From the NCBI GenBank assembly GCA_905331295.1, contig CAJNYD010000051.1:62001-93260 (forward strand): DNA of 31,260 nucleotides, read 5' to 3'. The notes beneath the pieces are model-generated. The model was not told where the DNA came from. It saw only the letters and a list, made by a program, of their open reading frames with translations, and made no database searches. The stretch comes from Rotaria socialis (taxonomy: Eukaryota). Of this stretch, positions 25,524 through 31,260 are shown piece after piece; positions within the stretch are counted from its first letter, which is position 1; each line of letters starts with the position of its first letter. Position numbers and translations under genes: made by a program.

Positions 25524-27846
25524 ATGAATCGAAAGCAACAACGCATCACTTATGGCAATAATCGTAAAGGGAAAAGTAAGAAGCTATATAAAACGTAAAA
25601 TGTTTTTCTTCTTAAGAAAATTCTTTTAGGGATCGAAAAAACAACACGAAGGTAAGACAAGTAGGACGAATCGAGAGTCGATTCGCTCGGCCCTAGACTG
25701 ACGGATACGTTTGCGATATATGATTATATCTTTTCACATATTCCCTAGACTGAAAGGCTAGGGTCTAGAAACCGTAATTCACCTGTGTCTGTCTGTCTGT
25801 CTGTAACAATGGCAGAAATTACCTTTTTTGTGGCAGAAATTACCATTTTTATGGCAGAAATGACCATTTTTGTGGCAGGAATGACCATTTCTATGGCAGA
25901 AATGACCATTTTTGTAGAAGAAATGACCATTTCTATGGCAGGAATGACCATTTCTATGGCAGAAGTTACCATTTTTATGGCAGAAATGACCATTTTTGTG
26001 GCAGGAATGACCATTTCTATGGCAGAAATGACCATTTTTGTAGAAGAAATGACCATTTCTATGACACAAATGACCATTTCTATGGCACCTAGGGCATTGT
26101 TACGGCGCAAACCATGGGCGGCTGGATGACATGGTCACGGGAAACAGTCCGCTCTGGATATGTCTTGAGTAGAGGGGTGAGCTGATCCCCCTACGGAACT
26201 TTGAGCTAACCATCACGATATTTCTGAACCTTGTGTTTTTGTAGCTAGGTAAGACTCAGGCTCTCCGCCGCCTTACGGGTGTTTGAGTCCCATTCTGTCC
26301 GTGTTTCCTCTTCACGTTTAGTGCTTTTACTTGAAACCTTTAATTTTCGTCTAATTCTTCCTTCGGTTTCACTTACTCGCACCCTCGTTTACAGGTCTGT
26401 TTAAAAATATGACCACCAGCTGCTGGCACAAACAACCGATTTTCTGTCCTGTCCGTGCATTTCTTCTCCTCAGCACTGCCAGTCTAGGGCCCAGGGAATC
26501 GACTTTCGATTTCGATGAACGTTACTTGTAGAGATTAAGGAGCTGATCTATATAAACGTCTGCGCCAGCACTATACTAATTTTTTTTTCTGTAGCGTTCA
26601 TGTTTTCTATCATCATCAAGCGCATGTGTGGTACTTTGTACCATGAGTGTGGTACTTTGTACCATGAGTGTGGTACTTTGTACTATGACTATGGTCATTT
26701 GTACCAAGCGTTACAGACAGACAGACCGACAGACACAGGTGAATTTCCGTTTCTAGACCCTAGCCTTTCAGTCTAGGGAATAGATAATCTATTAAATGTA
26801 ATTATTATTTTGATATCTTAATTAGATTGTTCGATACTTGTTTTGAAGATCTTCCAAATGAAATATTTTATGAGATATGGGAATATCTAGACGGGTGTGA
26901 GATATATGACATTTTTTTAAATCTTAATGCACGTTTTCAATATCTTGTTAATCATTCGTTGGTTCCATTGAAATTGCATTTTTCTTCGATGAGGGAAGAT
27001 GTTCTACAATATCGAATCAGAGAAATTCTTCAACCTAATCTGTATCGAATCATTTCCCTTCGTGTATCAGACTCCACCATCATCAATCGTTTCATTACAT
27101 TATTTTCCATCGATTCACGGTTCACGAAACTGGAACGCATTGCTCTGAATGGTATCAAATCAGATGCTTTCGTATCATTACTTGAAAAATTCATTTCGTT
27201 GCCTTGCCTCTTCTATCTTTCTGCTCATGTCATCGAAAAAGATCAATCAAATCGTCATCAAATCTCAAAACTGATTTCTTGTATGCCACTTTTAAAATAT
27301 TCCAAACTATCATACGAATCTTCACCAACGACGTCTCGATACACTTCATCTTATTGGTATAAAGATTTATTGAGAATACATTTGTTTCGAAAATGGGGCA
27401 GATTAATTTTAAGAAGAAACTGGGGCAATGAGCAACCTTGGGATGATCTGTCCTCACAAGACCCTGACTATGAGGATTGCTGTACAACTTTAAGTGTATA
27501 TAGGCTCGATTGGAAACCGTTTGAGCTTTTTCTTCAACATGGTTCTAATGAACTCGAATATTATCTTGATATAAGAGACTTGTGGGTGACATCGAGAGAT
27601 TATTCTTATTTGAATGCTAATCGATGGAAGCAAATTATTCATCTCATGCCACGATTAGTTGAATTTCATATAAATGCGAAAACTACAAAGAACCAAACCG
27701 TTACTTGTTGTAGGTTTATCGAAGGATTTCAATCTCCATTTTGGATCGAACAAGGATGGATTATCAACCATTTTCATCATAAATTGAGCCGTGGTTCTCG
27801 TCTGATTTTTAATTGTATTAAACATGATCTTAAAACAAAATGCTAA
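25524..27846 (+). CDS. F-box domain protein; exons 25524-25575, 25630-25651, 26826-27846
   Basis: Phase-consistent GT-AG splicing gives MNRKQQRITYGNNRKGK-R-IEKTTR-R-LFDTCFEDLPNEIFYEIWEYLDG (F-box). C-terminal YLNANRWKQII and FQSPFWIEQGW are typical of bdelloid F-box proteins. Confidence 0.85.
25741..26529 (+). mobile_element. Non-autonomous Helentron/HINE-like element A (inner, opposite orientation)
   Basis: 5' TTCCCTAGACTGAAAGGCTAGGG, (CTGT)n, 21-bp array. 3' subTIR CAGTCTAGGG (26480-26489), hairpin AATCGA-ctt-TCGATT (26497-26511), end TACTTGT. Confidence 0.75.
25809..26087 (+). repeat. 21-bp minisatellite, 13 units plus a partial unit
   Basis: Consensus ATGGCAGAAATGACCATTT(T/C)T. The variant pattern recurs at 126-bp spacing (25851 and 25977). 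Confidence 0.95.
26626..26706. repeat. 21-bp minisatellite, about 4 units
   Basis: GTGTGGTACTTTGTACCATGA x3, then CTATGGTCATTTGTACCA. Confidence 0.9.
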
Positions 27847-27970
27847 TTTGAAAATAAATAAGAGTATTCGATTTTGAATCGATTTATCCTTCAATGTGTG
27901 CGTGTCATGGCTGACATTACAACCACTCGAACATGACGTTACGAAAGGAGGGTGGGGGTGAGTAGGAAGC

Positions 27971-28014
27971 TACCACAATGCGTTTCGACTCAGCTACGAG
28001 CCTCATCAGGTGGC
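27971..28014 (-). ncRNA. Minimal type I hammerhead ribozyme motif (degenerate stem III)
   Basis: Minus strand GCCAC-CUGAUGA-GGCUC(GUAGCU)GAGUC-GAAA-CGCA-UU-GUGGU. Confidence 0.75.
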
Positions 28015-28475
28015 TTAGTATCTCTAAGTCGATCAAGAAAATTTTGAACAAAATTCAAAAGTTTGAGATTATACGATGATGAAATTTGTTTTTGTTGTGT
28101 TTGAAATATGGAAATTGTAGTTTTTTTGTTCAATCAGTGGTATCGTCGATGGTTGTTGCGGTAGAGAAGAATTTTGCTCTTATCTGGAATAAAGTTAAAA
28201 AAACAAAAATGAACTTGAAAAACGATGCAATAGTGGTTTAAGAGAATGATATAATAAGAAAAATTTTAAACTACGAAGAAAAGAAGGAAGGGAATGATGA
28301 TTTGGGTCAGGGTTGGAAGCGAAGCAATAGTCCTGCTAATGGAACATTTTTTTGAGTTTTGTTGTAGTTTATGATTTATTTGTGAAAGGTCAATGTTAGT
28401 CGAAGCGGATTGATTGAAGATCTCGTCAGTATTAATGGATATAGCTCAATAGGCATATCCTCGTCGGTTAGCTTT

Positions 28476-28889
28476 TTACTTGATTGTATCTGAAAACAAA
28501 GGAGAATGAGTTGTTGAAAATATTATAGAATCAATTGAATAATCTTACTTGGAATATGTATCGGTTTCAAGAAGGATGTTAGTGGTCGCCTTTGTATTAG
28601 TTCATGGCCAATATTACGATGATTTCGATGTCCAACAATCAATCGAATGTCCATAGCTGGTGTAGCATGGAATGTTTCTGAATAAATCTGATGAATATCA
28701 TATTTTAAGCTGTTCAATCGTTTTTCATGTGTATAATGAAGAAACAGTGTATTTGTAAATTTATTTGGTTTCTTTTGTTTTTATATTGTTGTTAGTGTTG
28801 TCGTTTTTTCTCTTGTATAAGCATCATTAGTCGATTCATCTAAGAGAACTTTAGCTATTCTATGTTGCGTCTCGTGTTCTCTGGCAGAC
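28476..28889 (-). pseudogene. Athena-type reverse transcriptase C-terminal fragment (no endonuclease domain follows)
   Basis: LFLHYTHEKRLNSLKYDIHQIYSETFHATPAMDIRLIVGHRNHRNIGHELIQRRP resembles the Athena RT C-terminus. In-frame TAA at 28781-28783. Putative intron 28490-28548 before the stop at 28476. Confidence 0.7.
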
Positions 28890-28906
28890 GGTGAGGGTGA
28901 GGGTGA
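28890..28906 (+). repeat. Telomeric repeat junction (TGAGGG)n between retroelement units
   Basis: GGTGAGGGTGAGGGTGA. Confidence 0.8.
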
Positions 28907-28913
28907 AAACAGC

Positions 28914-28959
28914 TACCAAGACCGGTTTCGTCCTTGCTTAAGGGACTCTTCAGTTGGCA
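28914..28959 (-). ncRNA. Minimal type I hammerhead ribozyme with intact core
   Basis: Minus strand UGCCAA-CUGAAGA-GUCC(CUUAAGCAA)GGAC-GAAA-CCGG-UC/UUGGUA. GUC triplet and palindromic ACCGGU stem III. Predicted cleavage between 28920 and 28919. Confidence 0.88.
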
Positions 28960-30059
28960 ATTAATCTATATGATTATGAAATGAATCACAAGATCAAACT
29001 ATAACTGTTATACATATATTTCCGAAGAAGATCTATGTATAATGATAGTCTCTATTCTCAGAGGTGAGAACAGCTACCAAGATCTATATATTTATCTTGT
29101 AGAATGTTGATCAGCATTGGATGAATTTGTGCTGTGGAAATTTAAATACTATCTAGAACAGAACGAAAAGAACACAAGTAGTAATAGGAAAACTGAGAAG
29201 TAACACAGAGGGAAAATTAAATATTGAAGGATGGAAAGTTTTTTTTTTTGAATTAAACAAATAAAGAAAGGATGAGGGATAAAAATGGAAAAATATTATA
29301 TCTTAAGAGAAATGTCTGTATTTTTAAATAGTTTGATTGTGTAGTAATGACCATGATGATGTTTATTTTGGTTGATGAGATATTGGACGCGTTTGCTGTA
29401 ATCGTTTGGTCTTTTTCTTTATTTGTCCTATCAAATGAAAAATAATTAATGGAACAGAAGTTGTTGATGCACTGCAGATTTATGCTTGTATTTTGTGGAA
29501 CTCACATATATTTTTGAAGAAAATGGTGAGTGTAAGTTTAAAAGCGAGATTTTTGCGGCTCCCCCCCCCGCGNNNNNNNNNNNNNNNNNNNNNNNNNNNN
29601 NNNNNNNNNNNNNNNNNNNNNNNNNNNNNNNNNNNNNNNNNNNNNNNNNNNNNNNNNNNNNNNNNNNNNNNNAGAATATAGAATTTAACACCTTTTTGTA
29701 TCGAATACTTAAAGTTACATTTGATTCTATTCTTTTCCCTTGGACTATTCTAGATCTAAATAACTGTAATTATAATTACTCTTGTGTGCATCATATGACT
29801 CATAATATTGAAAACCAACAAAAAATTATCATAAATTCATTATTTTCGATTTGGAATTTATCGATCCCCAACGCAGTATTAATAATTTATTTTCGTACTC
29901 CAGCTATGCGTCTTATATTAGATAATCTTTTAATTTAAATAAATAAACAGTTAACATGCATGATACGAAAGTTATACTGTTGATATAAGGAAATAGATTT
30001 TAATGAAACTCGTGGGAGAAATAAATCTAGTCAGAAAAATTAGTTCTGACAGTTAGAAT

Positions 30060-31048
30060 TAGGCCATCTGAATCACTATCTAATTAAATACAGAGAACAT
30101 TTAGATAAATCCTAATCAGACAGTAATACGGACTATTATGATCCGTGGAGGGTGTGAAGTTGATACGGTCCATATTACTGATTCCATGCTAACGGATACT
30201 TACGGGCCGTTAGCGATCAGTATAGCATCGGTATGCCGCCATATATTATGCTTAAGTTCAGCGACAACATTTCGAAAATAGTCAGTAAACGTTATCTGTT
30301 TCACTTGACTTGGGAAGGTTTTCTGCGTGAGATTAAGTTCAATACCGTCATATGTGCTACAAAAGTTCATGCTTATCCTCATTGATTTTTACTACAATTA
30401 GTATCTATACGGTTATACTGTAAAAATACCGAGAAGAAAATAAGATTTTGCTTACCAAATGGTTGTAGGATACGTCTATTTGGTAAGATGAATCGGTAAG
30501 TAACTTTTATATGTATAGTTTTTGGTAGCTTTCCCTTTANNNNNNNNNNNNNNNNNNNNNNNNNNNNNNNNNNNNNNNNNNNNNNNNNNNNNNNNNNNNN
30601 NNNNNNNNNNNNNNNNNNNNNNNNNNNNNNNNNNNNNNNACTTTTTATTCAACGGCTTAATTTATATATCGTTACCTTTAATTTTATGCATAATACATGC
30701 CCATGTAATACTTTCTCCGTTCTTCGATGTGACTTTTTTCTTGGTGGCAATAATCGAACCGATGGGTATTCTTTCATTGCTCTTCATCAATTAAAGATGA
30801 GTCGGAAAGGTAGCTCCGAATCGTAATATATTTTTCACTTTCGTAAACCTTGAGTGTTTGTACAGCATTAATATTGTTGGTTTCTCGGCTAGAAACAAAT
30901 ACAACCTGTTAGACCAGAATAAAAAAGAGTCATTGGAAGTCTTCAAGTAAAGTGACAATTGTACAAACACTTCTGGTTCAGGTGTATACGTGCCGAAGTG
31001 AAGTGCTTCAAGACCATTATCTGATATGCTTTTTAACCATTCTTGCAA
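30060..31048 (-). pseudogene. Fragments of an unidentified intron-containing gene, 5'-truncated at a telomere-like tract
   Basis: ORFs 30791-31048 and 30200-30382 with GTAAG donors and in-frame stops. No recognisable domain. Confidence 0.3.
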
Positions 31049-31260
31049 AAAGGGTGTGAGTGTGGGTGCCGTTTTTCCGACGAAAGCGTCACCGCTACAA
31101 CAACACTCACACGCTTTTTTTCAGAGAGTAAAATTAAGTGGGTTTCTTCCAACATTGATTTATTTACCAAACCAATCAACCATGATATTTATGTGAAGTA
31201 GACAGTAACTAACGAAACATATTTCAAGCTGACTCATTGAAAATGCTTGTTTTTTTTCTC

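Larger units (their letters stand above)
25657..26780 (-). mobile_element. Non-autonomous Helentron/HINE-like element B (outer), in intron 2 of the F-box gene
   Basis: Minus strand: 5' TTCCCTAGACTGAAAGGCTAGGG, (CTGT)n, 21-bp repeats. 3' subTIR CAGTCTAGGG (25691-25700), 8-bp hairpin CGAATCGA-ctc-TCGATTCG, end TACTTGT. Confidence 0.75.
27948..28889 (-). mobile_element. 5'-truncated Athena/Terminon-type Penelope-like retroelement (3' end)
   Basis: Telomere-like GAGGGTGGGGGTGAG junction, hammerhead motif, long 3' UTR and RT C-terminal coding fragment. Capped at its truncated 5' end by GGTGAGGGTGAGGGTGA. Confidence 0.75.

Noticed and set aside
25745..26129. Repetitive 7-aa-period ORFs or a CRISPR-like array
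   Set aside because: Translation of a 21-bp tandem minisatellite; no unique spacers and no cas genes.
25741..26780. Single TA-flanked MITE with ~70-bp TIRs
   Set aside because: Two nested opposed elements explain it better, because each end has its own 3' subTIR and hairpin, one lying outside the apparent TIRs.

Overview
AT-rich eukaryotic genomic DNA with short GT-AG introns (mostly about 50-70 nt), F-box genes and TG(T/A)GGG telomeric tracts. These point to a bdelloid rotifer subtelomeric region (inferred, not proven). Left to right: (1) an F-box gene exon; (2) MITE-like repeats; (3) a CMC/EnSpm (CACTA-superfamily) DNA transposon with CCCTAGTC termini, a frameshifted transposase and a truncated coiled-coil+BEN-like accessory gene, inserted in an Mpo1/DUF962-like gene, with two related MITEs; (4) a run of decayed host genes: DNAJB13-like, an unknown gene, and a large lipid-transfer/apolipophorin-like gene cut mid-exon by telomeric repeats; (5) a large inverted repeat around a gap, enclosing a tRNA-like element; (6) an intact 3-exon F-box gene whose intron 2 holds two oppositely nested Helentron/HINE-like elements with homologous 21-bp minisatellites; (7) a chain of 5'-truncated Athena/Terminon-type Penelope-like retroelement ends, each with telomeric repeats and a minimal hammerhead ribozyme. 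Four N gaps limit continuity. All family assignments come from motifs recognised by eye; no searches were run.
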